Origin: Corynebacterium glutamicum ATCC 13032
Lineage (GTDB): Bacteria; Actinomycetota; Actinomycetes; Mycobacteriales; Mycobacteriaceae
Length of the DNA stretch: 32,000 nt
Assembly: GCF_000011325.1 (NCBI RefSeq)
Contig: NC_003450.3
Coordinates: forward strand, 2,370,001-2,402,000
Direction of reading: 5' to 3'
Shown here: positions 18,839-27,173 of the stretch, in pieces
Numbering within the stretch: position 1 is the stretch's first letter
Layout of the letters: every line of letters begins with the position of its first letter
The notes under the pieces: generated by a model
Told to the model about the DNA's origin: nothing
The model's input: only the letters and a program-made list of their open reading frames with translations
Databases searched by the model: none
Translations under genes and position numbers: made by a program

Positions 18839-19873
18839 ATGGCATTTGCAGACATTGTGCGCAGCGTCGAAAACCGCACCAACGCAGCGACCCTCAACTG
18901 GTCCATCAAAAATGGCTGGAAGCCCGAAGTCACCGGATTTTCCGGGTACGGCTCCGGGCGTCGAGTGCGCGTCCTTGCGCGCGTGCTCATGTCCAACCCC
19001 GAAAATTTGCTTGTCGACGCCCCCTCCCAATCAATTACCCAACAAGCACAGCGCGGTTGGCGCCAGTTCTTCACCATCCAAGTGCCCAACCTGCCAGTAA
19101 CTGTCACCGTTGGTGGGAAAACAGTTACCTCATCCACCAACGACAACGGCTACGTTGACCTCCTGGTGGAAGACCACAACCTTGACCCCGGCTGGCACAC
19201 CATCCAGATCCAAGCCGAAGGTTCCACCCCCGCCGAAGCCCGCGTCCTCATCGTGGAAAACACCGCCCGAATCGGACTCATCTCCGACATCGACGACACC
19301 ATCATGGTCACCTGGCTTCCCCGAGCACTCCTCGCCGCATGGAACTCGTGGGTTTTGCACACCAACACCCGCAAACCAGTCCCCGGAATGAACCGCTTCT
19401 ACGAAGAACTCCTCAAAGACCACCCCGACGCACCCGTGTTCTACCTCTCCACCGGCGCATGGAACACCTTTGAAACCCTCCAAGAGTTCATCAACAAACA
19501 CGCACTCCCCGACGGCCCCATGCTGCTCACCGACTGGGGACCAACCCCCACAGGACTATTCCGCTCAGGTCAAGAGCACAAGAAAGTCCAACTGCGCAAC
19601 CTGTTTATCGAATACCCCGACATGAAATGGATCCTCGTCGGCGACGATGGCCAACACGATCCCCTCATCTACGGCGAAGCAGTCGAAGAACACCCCAACC
19701 GCATCGCAGGCGTTGCAATCCGTGAGCTCTCCCCCGGCGAACATGTGCTCTCCCACGGAACAACTGCGTCACTGTCCACCATCACGACCAACGGGGGCCA
19801 AGGAGTCCCAGTAGTTCACGGCCGCGATGGATATGAGTTGCTGCAGCGCTACGAGACGAAGCCGTTCGCCTGA
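18839..19873 (+). CDS. DUF2183 / App1-like phosphatase-domain protein
   Basis: The C-terminal half carries ISDIDDTI ... YLSTGAWN ... LVGDDGQHDPLIY, matching the App1 (phosphatidate-phosphatase) catalytic-domain pattern DIDDT...GD.GQ.DP..Y. Confidence 0.7.
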   Translation: MAFADIVRSVENRTNAATLNWSIKNGWKPEVTGFSGYGSGRRVRVLARVLMSNPENLLVDAPSQSITQQAQRGWRQFFTIQVPNLPVTVTVGGKTVTSSTNDNGYVDLLVEDHNLDPGWHTIQIQAEGSTPAEARVLIVENTARIGLISDIDDTIMVTWLPRALLAAWNSWVLHTNTRKPVPGMNRFYEELLKDHPDAPVFYLSTGAWNTFETLQEFINKHALPDGPMLLTDWGPTPTGLFRSGQEHKKVQLRNLFIEYPDMKWILVGDDGQHDPLIYGEAVEEHPNRIAGVAIRELSPGEHVLSHGTTASLSTITTNGGQGVPVVHGRDGYELLQRYETKPFA

Positions 19874-20043
19874 GTCCTACTGGGTGTCTCATGAACCAAA
19901 CCGGGTGACCAGCGTCGCCTTAATTTTGGGTTCCTCGGTCACCTAGTTTGGTCCTTGGTTGCGTTCGCGTATGGCATAAATGGGCACTGACTATTTTTGG
20001 GGCGGGGCCCCGAGGTAAAAGGCGATTTAAGAGGTTGAGATCC

Positions 20044-20283
20044 CCAAATAGGCTTTTGGTATGGAGGACGCCCGTTGAGGCTCTTAAAACCGATTCTGAG
20101 AGACCTCGGCTTTGTGACCAGTGGGACAGATGAGATTCCTGCGAGCTTGCTGATCAAGAACTCACCACAATTGTGTGGCCAGACCGTCAAATCGAACATA
20201 TTTTTGCACTAACTAGACCCAAACTTGCAAAAACCCACCACAAACACTGTCTCGCCAGCAATCTGTGGTGAATTTTCGCATAA
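20044..20283 (+). repeat. Copy B of the ~240-bp non-coding element; copy A is at 601-835
   Basis: See copy A for the alignment. Copy B lies in a 558-bp convergent intergenic region between the App1-like gene and the 20432-20860 gene. Confidence 0.85.
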
Positions 20284-20343
20284 TTGTTCGACCAAGAGTC
20301 CGACGGTAATCAACACGTCACAAACCACCCCACAAAGTGCGCC

Positions 20344-20388
20344 AAAAACCCGTGGGGCCTCCCTCTTCCTCTAGAGAGGCCCCACGGG
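20344..20388 (-). terminator. Rho-independent terminator of the 20432-20860 gene
   Basis: 13-bp stem cccgtggggcctc (20349-20361) / gaggccccacggg (20376-20388), with an inner palindrome ctctagag. On the minus strand it is followed by TTTTT (complement of 20344-20348). Confidence 0.8.
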
Positions 20389-20431
20389 CTGGTCTATTTA
20401 CACCCCGCCGAGCTAAAGAATCACTGGCTTT

Positions 20432-20860
20432 CTAGTCAACGATTCGCAGCTCAACTTCAAAACGGTATTCATCAGCCAGAGATTCCAGCACTCCTCGAAG
20501 TTTGTCGAGTTCGCGTGGAGTTCCGGTGATCACCTCTCGACACTCAGTGAGGCCAAGTTCGAATGGGTCACGGCGCCATGCAGTGAACCATCGTGCGGTG
20601 AGCGGGTCCCTGTTGGAGCCGGACAGCTCCGAAGGACTCGGAATACACACAACCATTGCGGATTCCACGGTCTGACGCAGTTCCTTTGGCATTCCGCTGA
20701 TTTCTAGAACAGCGGTATGCATTGGGAGGGCTACATCGTCGATGGATTCTTCGATGGTAGTTTTCAGTTGGGGCAACCCCATGTCTTCCCAGAAGTCTGC
20801 CGTGAGCAAATCCGCCTGATGACGGGTCCGGGTTGGCACGGTTAATGCATTGTTCGTCAT
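20432..20860 (-). CDS. Hypothetical protein (conserved-looking, no recognised family)
   Basis: Open frame with genome-typical composition. The preferred start is ATG 20860 (MTNNALTVPTR...) with GAAGGA 9 nt upstream; the track's longer start at 20905 lacks a Shine-Dalgarno sequence. A strong terminator lies downstream. Confidence 0.6.
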   Translation of the reverse strand: MTNNALTVPTRTRHQADLLTADFWEDMGLPQLKTTIEESIDDVALPMHTAVLEISGMPKELRQTVESAMVVCIPSPSELSGSNRDPLTARWFTAWRRDPFELGLTECREVITGTPRELDKLRGVLESLADEYRFEVELRIVD

Positions 20861-21181
20861 GTTCGGTTTCCTTCGGCAACACTTAACTGCCTTCAATTCC
20901 CGCACACATATACAAGTAGATATGTGCAGTTACTAAAGGAAGTAAGACGAGGTTCGTCTTCCCCAACGGCCTCGAGCTCGCTTCAAAATCCCTTGAATGA
21001 CTACACAGGCGATTGTGGTTGAGTAAGTGGACCCCGGCAACCCTCAACTTAAGCTTTATCCCCCATTTACTAAAGCTAAAGTTAAGGTTTAAACTTCATA
21101 ACATTTCGGACATTTTCCCACGTCACAGAAGTAACATCTGTAACACTGGCCATAATTAAGCACCGTAATTACGGCAAAAGT

Positions 21182-21991
21182 TTATGAATTTAACTCGGCC
21201 CAGACTTCGTCATTGAAGGCAGTCCACAACGGTTTAGCCCAAGGACCGAAATTTCGGTCAGTCAAAACAACCCCGACTTGACCTGAGCCTGGAACAGTCC
21301 AAAAGAATGTTCCCGACTGTCCAAAGTGTCCAGCAGTGTTCTCCGGCATCAAGTCACCTGTCCAGTGCGGCGACTTCTGTCCCTTAATTTCAAAGCCCAA
21401 TCCCCACGGACACGGCTTCTGCATGCCATAACCGGGGACGGTGCCAATCAGTTCCGGGAATTGCACCTGGAAAGCCTCTGCAAGGGTTTCTGGTGAGATC
21501 AGAGTTGGTGCGGTGAGCTCTTGGCCGAACTTGGTCAGATCAGCCACTGTGCTGCGCGCCTCGTGGCCCGCAGAACCCCATAGTTCAGAGTTCTCCATTC
21601 CCAAAGGCTCGAACACAGCCTCGCGGAGATACTCTGCAAACGGCATTTCAGCTTCAGCGGCAACAGCATCCGCCAAGATGTCCATGCCAGCAGAGGAGTA
21701 AATGCGGCGCTCCCCCACTCCCTTTTCCGCTACCGGCTTATCGAATGCCACGCCGGAAGCATGTGAGAGCAGATGCCTCACTGTGGATCCTTCAGGACCC
21801 ATCGGTGAATCGAGCTCAAAAACACCTTCTTCGATGGCAACAAGGAAACCGTAGGTGGCCAGGAGTTTTGTCACACTCATGAGTTCAAAAACACGATCGA
21901 CGTCGCCGTAAAAGTGCACGGCGCCGTCGGAGATGACACTGGCCGAAACATTGTCGACAGGCCAAGATTCAAGCGTCTTAAAACTCTGCAT
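21182..21991 (-). CDS. Beta-lactamase-family serine hydrolase (class C / esterase-like)
   Basis: The S-x-x-K active-site motif is present as SVTK (ELMSVTKLLATYG), and the length and overall pattern match the serine beta-lactamase/DD-peptidase-like fold. ATG 21991 (MQSFKTLE...) is preferred; TTG 22009 is possible. Confidence 0.75.
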   Translation of the reverse strand: MQSFKTLESWPVDNVSASVISDGAVHFYGDVDRVFELMSVTKLLATYGFLVAIEEGVFELDSPMGPEGSTVRHLLSHASGVAFDKPVAEKGVGERRIYSSAGMDILADAVAAEAEMPFAEYLREAVFEPLGMENSELWGSAGHEARSTVADLTKFGQELTAPTLISPETLAEAFQVQFPELIGTVPGYGMQKPCPWGLGFEIKGQKSPHWTGDLMPENTAGHFGQSGTFFWTVPGSGQVGVVLTDRNFGPWAKPLWTAFNDEVWAELNS

Positions 21992-22072
21992 GGAGACAGA
22001 CCTTAGCAACTAATCTGTTAAACCCCTGGCAACACAACGATGTATGTTAAGAAATTTCTTCTACAACCTTTT

Positions 22073-22531
22073 TTATAGCTCTGGTTGGAGGAAAGCTTCC
22101 TCGAAATTCTTGAGCGCAAATTTGGTTTTCCCGGCGCGGATTTTGCGCTGACGGTCGGTCAAAGAAGGGTCCTCGAGGTTGAAAAATCCCGTGTCGAAAC
22201 GGTTGGCGCCCCGAGGATAGGTCTGCTTGCGGAGCCCTTCGACCAGTGTGGTGCAGTAGTCCATGATTCTGTCGAATTCTGCTGGGTCGTTTTCTGCGGT
22301 GCTGGCGTACAACTCGGCGATCGCTGATTCTTCGTCGGAGTGGTGGATTTGGGCGGTTTCATCGATGTCCCAAAACAGGCGAAGGGCTAGCGCTCGGTCG
22401 CATTTGGGGTGTCGGACTACTGCAAGGGGAACCGCGAAGCCGTCGTCCCAGTTGTATTCGTTGATGATTTCCCACAGTGCGGTTTCATCGGAGAGGTCCG
22501 CGATTTCGGCAGGCAGGTTTGCTTGGTTCAT
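22073..22531 (-). CDS. DUF4274-like small protein (family seen among polymorphic-toxin immunity proteins)
   Basis: 152 aa from ATG 22531, with GGAGGA 8 nt upstream. It contains the pattern WEIINEYNWDDGFAVPLAVVRHPKCDRALALRLFW, which I recognise as the DUF4274 core (NWDDG ... hP.cD.g.Al..fw). The assignment is from memory and has not been checked against a profile. Confidence 0.6.
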   Translation of the reverse strand: MNQANLPAEIADLSDETALWEIINEYNWDDGFAVPLAVVRHPKCDRALALRLFWDIDETAQIHHSDEESAIAELYASTAENDPAEFDRIMDYCTTLVEGLRKQTYPRGANRFDTGFFNLEDPSLTDRQRKIRAGKTKFALKNFEEAFLQPEL

Positions 22532-22576
22532 GGCGAGGATCCTCCATTTTTCCGCGACGGTTTCCACCGAGTGTAA

Positions 22577-23344
22577 TTACGTCGATAAGCGTGCTTGTAA
22601 ATAGGCGCGCAAGTCCGGCGCGTGGACGTGCTCGTTCTCAAACGCCCAGATCTCAGGCTCGGGCGCGGCGAAGACGAAGTAGGCGCGGTTGTAGGGCGCG
22701 CGTGCAAGTGCGTCGAGCGAGAACAGCGCGCACCGGGCAGGGTCGAGCGGGCGATTTTGCTTATCGACGAGCACCCCCACCCGTTCAAACTCATTATCCA
22801 GAAGATCCTGCAAATGAAGGCGAGGGTCGGTGAGATGATCGAGGTAGTCATCGGGATCAATGACGTTTCCCAAGGCCTCACTGTTTGTCCAGGATCGGGC
22901 GTAGCTATAGAACTCCGTCAGCTGCGGGCTAAGCGGTAGCTTTGTGTGCCCGTCTAAAGCCGTGAGATACGCCGGCGGTTGGTTCGCTGGGCCGCACAGT
23001 AGTGGTCCGAATTCTGCAGCCCATTCCGCTTGCTCGGGAGAAAATCGGAGGGCATCCAACGTGTCGGTGATCGACACGGTTTCTGCAGCATCCTCAAGGA
23101 CTTGGATCCAGCCGTCGCCAAAAGAGACCGTATGGCTCATGGGCTTTATTGTATTCTGGCGGGCGTGAATAACACTCCCGCATGGCTCGTTACCCAAGAT
23201 GATTCCGAGGATCTGGGTTTTGCGTTCGATTGCCTCATCGTTGATGCAATCACTCTTGATGAACTCAAAGAATGGATTTATCGAGTCATCGTGGAAATGG
23301 ATGAATTCCCAGACTATTTGATCGACATCACCGATGTCAGTCAT
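22577..23344 (-). CDS. Hypothetical protein with a tentative SMI1/KNR4 (SUKH)-like C-terminal half
   Basis: ~255-aa ORF ending 46 nt upstream of the DUF4274-like gene, so probably in one operon. The C-terminal half (LPLSPQLTEFYSYARSW...VGVLVDKQN...YFVFAAPEPEIWAFENEHVHAPDLRAYLQARL) resembles the SUKH-1 pattern. The start is ATG 23344 or GTG 23350. Confidence 0.5.
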   Translation of the reverse strand: MTDIGDVDQIVWEFIHFHDDSINPFFEFIKSDCINDEAIERKTQILGIILGNEPCGSVIHARQNTIKPMSHTVSFGDGWIQVLEDAAETVSITDTLDALRFSPEQAEWAAEFGPLLCGPANQPPAYLTALDGHTKLPLSPQLTEFYSYARSWTNSEALGNVIDPDDYLDHLTDPRLHLQDLLDNEFERVGVLVDKQNRPLDPARCALFSLDALARAPYNRAYFVFAAPEPEIWAFENEHVHAPDLRAYLQARLST

Positions 23345-23425
23345 AAGCACGATCTTATTCTTGGCTACCAGGATATTGTTGGTTTTTGGCCCTACTCGAC
23401 ACTATAACGCACCGAGGAAACTGCA

Positions 23426-23974
23426 TTGGTGGGAATTGCTTACGCCCGTTTCCCTGATACCCGCGACGATTCCATCAGCCGCGGCAAAGCACGATCAGCG
23501 TTGGAGAAATCCACGGGCCTTAAAGAGCGTTTCGCGCGTCATTTTCCTGCAATTTCCATACCTGTCGATACGGGTGATGCTGCAGATATTCTCGTATCGG
23601 GTTGGTGGCTTTCAGGTTCTAAAAAGAAGATCCTGACTGCAGCGGAAATCCAGACCTTATTTATCAACCGATTGGCCACAGGTCCATTGAGCACTCAATT
23701 GGAAACTGCTACCGGGTTGAAACTGCAGGTGGTGACCAATCGAGAGCGTATGAAGATCACTCTCATTGAACCCAAAGGCACATCAGGACATGCCATCGAC
23801 CCCCAAGCTGGCAAGGGTTCAAGGGGTGGCTTCCTCCTGGACAATGGCCAAGAAGATGAATACGACGATGTCGACACCGTCACAATCCCCGATGCACTCA
23901 ATGTCATCGGTTACATTCTTACCCATGGAACTCCACCTCAAGAAGGCTGGAAGGTAGACGTGTTGGAGCGTTAG
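23426..23974 (+). CDS. Hypothetical protein with a tentative Imm1-like C-terminus
   Basis: 182-aa ORF from a TTG start (uncertain). The C-terminal DTVTIPDALNVIGYILTHGTPPQEGWKVD resembles the Imm1-family tail (..a...Fl.tG.rP..v.W). Its stop overlaps the stop of the convergent 23971-24438 gene by 4 nt. Confidence 0.45.
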   Translation: MVGIAYARFPDTRDDSISRGKARSALEKSTGLKERFARHFPAISIPVDTGDAADILVSGWWLSGSKKKILTAAEIQTLFINRLATGPLSTQLETATGLKLQVVTNRERMKITLIEPKGTSGHAIDPQAGKGSRGGFLLDNGQEDEYDDVDTVTIPDALNVIGYILTHGTPPQEGWKVDVLER

Positions 23975-24438
23975 TCCTCGATGAATTCTTCTCCCATCAC
24001 GATCGCCTGCTGAATTTCTTCTGGGCTAGCTTCTGCTGCTTCGCATAGTTTTTCCAGCGCAACAACGATATCTTCGCGCACCCCGGCATCAATGAAATTC
24101 TTCTTTGCGGCGAGCTGGTTGATGCTTGCGATGAAGCTGCGCAGGGTTTCTTTTAAGGGATCCTGGTCTGGGGTCTTTGTTGAGGCTCTCATGGTTCGAA
24201 GGGTCTCTTTGTAAATATTTCCAGCCTTTTTCGCAGCAGACACCGGGATATGAGGATTATCGCCCCAGTGTCTCAGCGGATTATCGATATTTTCCGCCAA
24301 CCACTCGGGCTTCCGCGGACCGCGAATATCAACCCACGCATCGATGCGCGGTTCAAAACATGCAGAATAGTCACCTGCGGAAAACCCTTGGATGCTCATT
24401 CCCCCAAAAACTACTACGGGTGTGAATCCAATGTGCAC
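23971..24438 (-). CDS. Hypothetical small acidic protein
   Basis: ORF with normal composition. The start is ambiguous between GTG 24438 and ATG 24399 (MSIQGFSAGDY...). No recognised family. The C-terminal helical region is ...NFIDAGVREDIVVALEKLCEAAEASPEEIQ... Confidence 0.45.
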   Translation of the reverse strand: MHIGFTPVVVFGGMSIQGFSAGDYSACFEPRIDAWVDIRGPRKPEWLAENIDNPLRHWGDNPHIPVSAAKKAGNIYKETLRTMRASTKTPDQDPLKETLRSFIASINQLAAKKNFIDAGVREDIVVALEKLCEAAEASPEEIQQAIVMGEEFIED

Positions 24439-24594
24439 GAATACTATTCGCAGAACTGCCTGACGAATAAAAGCCGTATTGCGACTACATTGAGATCCAA
24501 GAAATTTCGCACCTCAGGAGTAGCGATACTTCGTAAATTTGGGAAGAAGGAGTAGCCACATGACGTTGATCGACCTCACTGCTGGAGTGAGCGC

Positions 24595-24939
24595 ATGAGC
24601 GATTCACCGTGCACCGTCGTCATCCTGAACCGCACAGCTACTGCGACTTCCATCCTGAGAGATATTAAAGCCCTCACCGGTTACGGCCTGTCTGAGATCA
24701 GGTCGCGCATCGTTGCGGGACTTCCCGTCGTGATCGAGGAGATGTTCTCAAACGCCTGGTACGACGAACGCGCACAACTGTTGCTGGCACTGCTGACCAA
24801 ATGGCAGAACGAAGGAATCACATTCGAGATTCGGGAAGTCGCTGAGGATGATCCCATCGAAGCAGGGGCATTGATCTCTCTAGAAGTGCTGCGAAACATC
24901 ATTGAGCCAGACGATAATGAATCGAGGGACGGTATCTAG
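24595..24939 (+). CDS. Hypothetical small protein with an N-terminal ribosomal-L7/L12-C-terminal-like segment
   Basis: 114-aa ORF with GGAG 8 nt upstream. The segment SILRDIKALTGYGLSEIRSRIVAGLPVV parallels the L7/L12 C-domain helix pattern (vIK.vRe.TGLGLkEAK.lV...P). A 12-codon upstream ORF precedes it, overlapping in ATGA. Confidence 0.55.
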   Translation: MSDSPCTVVILNRTATATSILRDIKALTGYGLSEIRSRIVAGLPVVIEEMFSNAWYDERAQLLLALLTKWQNEGITFEIREVAEDDPIEAGALISLEVLRNIIEPDDNESRDGI

Positions 24940-24951
24940 TGGTGAACGTAA

Positions 24952-24975
24952 ACCCCCGGCCAGACGACCGGGGGT
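24952..24975. terminator. Hairpin between the convergent 24595-24939 gene and tRNA-Met
   Basis: Stem acccccgg (24952-24959) / ccgggggt (24968-24975) with an 8-nt loop. The U-tract is weak on both strands. Confidence 0.45.
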
Positions 24976-24989
24976 AAAACATTCAATAT

Positions 24990-25066
24990 TGGTGGGGCCA
25001 CCGGGGCTCGAACCCGGGACCAATGGATTATGAGTCCACGGCTCTAACCGACTGAGCTATAGCCCC
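24990..25066 (-). tRNA. tRNA with CAT anticodon (elongator tRNA-Met; a lysidine-modified Ile2 cannot be excluded from sequence alone)
   Basis: Minus-strand fold: acceptor GGGGCTA/TGGCCCC, D arm GCTC-AGTCGGTTA-GAGC, anticodon arm GTGGA-CTCATAA-TCCAT, T arm CCGGG-TTCGAGC-CCCGG, discriminator A, encoded CCA. 77 nt. Confidence 0.9.
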
Positions 25067-25216
25067 TACCGCTGCACGTTCATGCAACGAGAATCAGTAT
25101 AACTAGGTCCACTTTCTAATTTGAATTAAGCCCTCTTCAATTTTCCGCTTTCGCTGCGAGGTGTGCCAATGTGGCGCATTATTTAATGCATACTCGGCGC
25201 TATTTTGAGGAGCCTC

Positions 25217-26767
25217 ATGCCACAGTTAAGCAGACGCCAGTTCTTGCAGACAACCGCCGTTACTGCAGGTCTAGCCACTTTTGCGGGCACACCTGCACGC
25301 GCTGAAGAACGCCAATTCCAGCATGGCGTGGCTTCCGGGGACCCCACCGCAACCTCTGCCATTTTGTGGACTCGGCTGACCCCAATTCCCGACGCCACAC
25401 CTGGAAGTGGCCTTGGCCCCGACTCTCCTGTCACCTGGGAAGTCTCCCCCACTCCTGATTTCGCCAGCATCACGCGCTCGGGAACCGTAATCACCTCCGC
25501 AGCAAGCGATCACACCGTCCACGCGCACGCCACGGGTTTGAGCCCATCCACCCGCTATTTCTACCGCTTCATCTCCTCCACCGGCGAGGTCTCCCCTGTG
25601 GGGCGCACGCAAACAACATCGCTTGTCGACGCTCCCCTCCCGCACCTTCGCTTTGCCCTTGCGTCGTGTGCCAATTGGGAGGCAGGATTTTTTGCCGCCT
25701 ACGGCGACATCGCCCGGCGCGCTGACGCCGGCGAATTGGAGATGTTGATTTTTTTGGGTGATTACATCTACGAGTACGCCACCGGTATGTTCGCCGGAAA
25801 GGACGGTGTGGTGCGCCCGCATCAGCCTCTTCATGAAACCATCACGTTGGAGCACTACCGCACTCGTTATGGCCATTACCGCAGTGACAATCACTTGCAG
25901 GCAGCGCATGCGGCGTTGCCGTGGATTGTCATGTGGGATGACCATGAGTCGGCCAACAACTCTAATCGTGAGGGCGCGCAGAATCATTCCGCTGATGAGG
26001 GTTCGTGGGTGGATCGTCAAAATGCTGCTCGGCAGGTCTTTTTGGAGTGGATGCCGATCCGCCAGGAGGACACGCTCTATCGTTCCTTCACTTTTGGTGA
26101 CCTCGCCACGCTGTCACTTCTTGATCTTCGAAGTTTCAGAGATCCAGCACCCTCCCAGCAACAGTGGCTGGAGGGTCAACGTGCGGACACCATGATGGGG
26201 TCGCAGCAGTTTGAGTGGCTGAAATCCAACGTGGAACACACCACCACGACGTGGAATATCATCGGCAGCTCAGTGATGTTTGCCCCCATGGCAATTACCG
26301 GGCAGCCTCTTTTCCAGATCCCTGAACCTATTCCCGCCAATTTGGATCAGTGGGACGGCTACTCCCGTGAGCGCGACCGACTCCTAGCTGTACTTGCCGA
26401 TTTCGCCACTCCAACGCTTTTTCTATCTGGCGATATCCACTCCGAATGGGCAAACGCCATCCGGTTTAATGGTCGAGAAATCGGTGTCGAGGCAGTATGC
26501 AGCTCCATCACCTCAGCTAATGTCAACGACTTCGCCAAACTCCCTGAGGACAATCCGGTCTCCCTGCAAGCGGAACAAGTAATCCGAGCCAACAGTTCGC
26601 ATGTGCGCCACGTTGATCTTGACGCCCACGGCTACGCCACGGTGAATCTCACCCAAGATGGCGCGCACATGGTCTGGCACCGCGTCGCCGATCTCTCCCT
26701 TCCGGACTCAGAAGTTGCTCCGGCAATTGCACTTGAGTGGAAACCAGGCGTCGGATTCACTACTTGA
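25217..26767 (+). CDS. phoD: Alkaline phosphatase D (PhoD family), Tat-exported
   Basis: Twin-arginine signal MPQLSRRQFLQTTAVTAGLATFAG. PhoD-family metallophosphatase motifs are present (GVASGDP, FALASCANWE, FLGDYIYE, WDDHE, SGDIHS). GAGGAG lies 5 nt upstream of ATG 25217; the track start at TTG 25205 is less likely. Confidence 0.93.
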   Translation: MPQLSRRQFLQTTAVTAGLATFAGTPARAEERQFQHGVASGDPTATSAILWTRLTPIPDATPGSGLGPDSPVTWEVSPTPDFASITRSGTVITSAASDHTVHAHATGLSPSTRYFYRFISSTGEVSPVGRTQTTSLVDAPLPHLRFALASCANWEAGFFAAYGDIARRADAGELEMLIFLGDYIYEYATGMFAGKDGVVRPHQPLHETITLEHYRTRYGHYRSDNHLQAAHAALPWIVMWDDHESANNSNREGAQNHSADEGSWVDRQNAARQVFLEWMPIRQEDTLYRSFTFGDLATLSLLDLRSFRDPAPSQQQWLEGQRADTMMGSQQFEWLKSNVEHTTTTWNIIGSSVMFAPMAITGQPLFQIPEPIPANLDQWDGYSRERDRLLAVLADFATPTLFLSGDIHSEWANAIRFNGREIGVEAVCSSITSANVNDFAKLPEDNPVSLQAEQVIRANSSHVRHVDLDAHGYATVNLTQDGAHMVWHRVADLSLPDSEVAPAIALEWKPGVGFTT

Positions 26768-26847
26768 GCTGCTGATTTGTAGGTTTTAAGACCTTGAAGA
26801 TATAGTTAATTCTCGTTGCAAGGAACCAGATTCCAAGCAATGCTTAT

Positions 26848-26920
26848 TCCTCCATAGCTCAGTTGGCAGAGCATTCGACTGTTAATCGAAGGGTCACTGG
26901 TTCGAGCCCAGTTGGAGGAG
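26848..26920 (+). tRNA. tRNA-Asn (GTT), copy 1
   Basis: Acceptor TCCTCCA/TGGAGGA, D arm GCTC-AGTTGGCA-GAGC, anticodon arm TTCGA-CTGTTAA-TCGAA, T arm ACTGG-TTCGAGC-CCAGT, discriminator G. 73 nt; CCA is not encoded. Confidence 0.93.
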
Positions 26921-26927
26921 CAAATTG

Positions 26928-26957
26928 AAACCCACTGTTTTTTAACAGTGGGTTTTT
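26928..26957 (+). terminator. Rho-independent terminator after tRNA-Asn copy 1
   Basis: Stem aaacccactgtt / aacagtgggttt, followed by a T-run (gggttttttgc). Confidence 0.85.
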
Positions 26958-27058
26958 TGCATGTTCCATACAGTTAACGAACCCCAATTTTGTAACTTCC
27001 ACTCTCCTAGCTATGATGAGTACTCGTTGCAAGGAAGTAATTTCTTTCCAATACTTAT

Positions 27059-27131
27059 TCCTCCATAGCTCAGTTGGCAGAGCATTCGACTGTTAATCGA
27101 AGGGTCACTGGTTCGAGCCCAGTTGGAGGAG
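27059..27131 (+). tRNA. tRNA-Asn (GTT), copy 2
   Basis: Sequence identical to copy 1, 211 bp downstream. Confidence 0.93.
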
Positions 27132-27143
27132 CAATACACACAG

Positions 27144-27173
27144 CCCGCCGTTTTTCTTAAAACGGCGGGTTTT
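27144..27173 (+). terminator. Rho-independent terminator after tRNA-Asn copy 2
   Basis: Stem cccgccgtttt / aaaacggcggg, followed by TTTT. Confidence 0.85.

Noticed and set aside
19939-20199. 86-aa minus-strand ORF in repeat copy B and 73-aa ORF (492-713) in copy A, which share a little amino-acid similarity
   Set aside because: The similarity follows from the nucleotide repeat. The frames differ in start and stop positions, the translations are Pro/Ser/Arg-rich and not protein-like, and there is no Shine-Dalgarno sequence.
20906-25066. tRNA-Met-associated genomic island with att repeats and an integrase
   Set aside because: I looked for a direct repeat of the tRNA-Met 3' portion (ggtggggccaccggggctcgaacc) to the left of the cluster (20.9-22.1 kb) and found none. 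No integrase or recombinase ORF is present, and composition looks genome-like. Only the weaker 'old islet' interpretation is kept as a finding.
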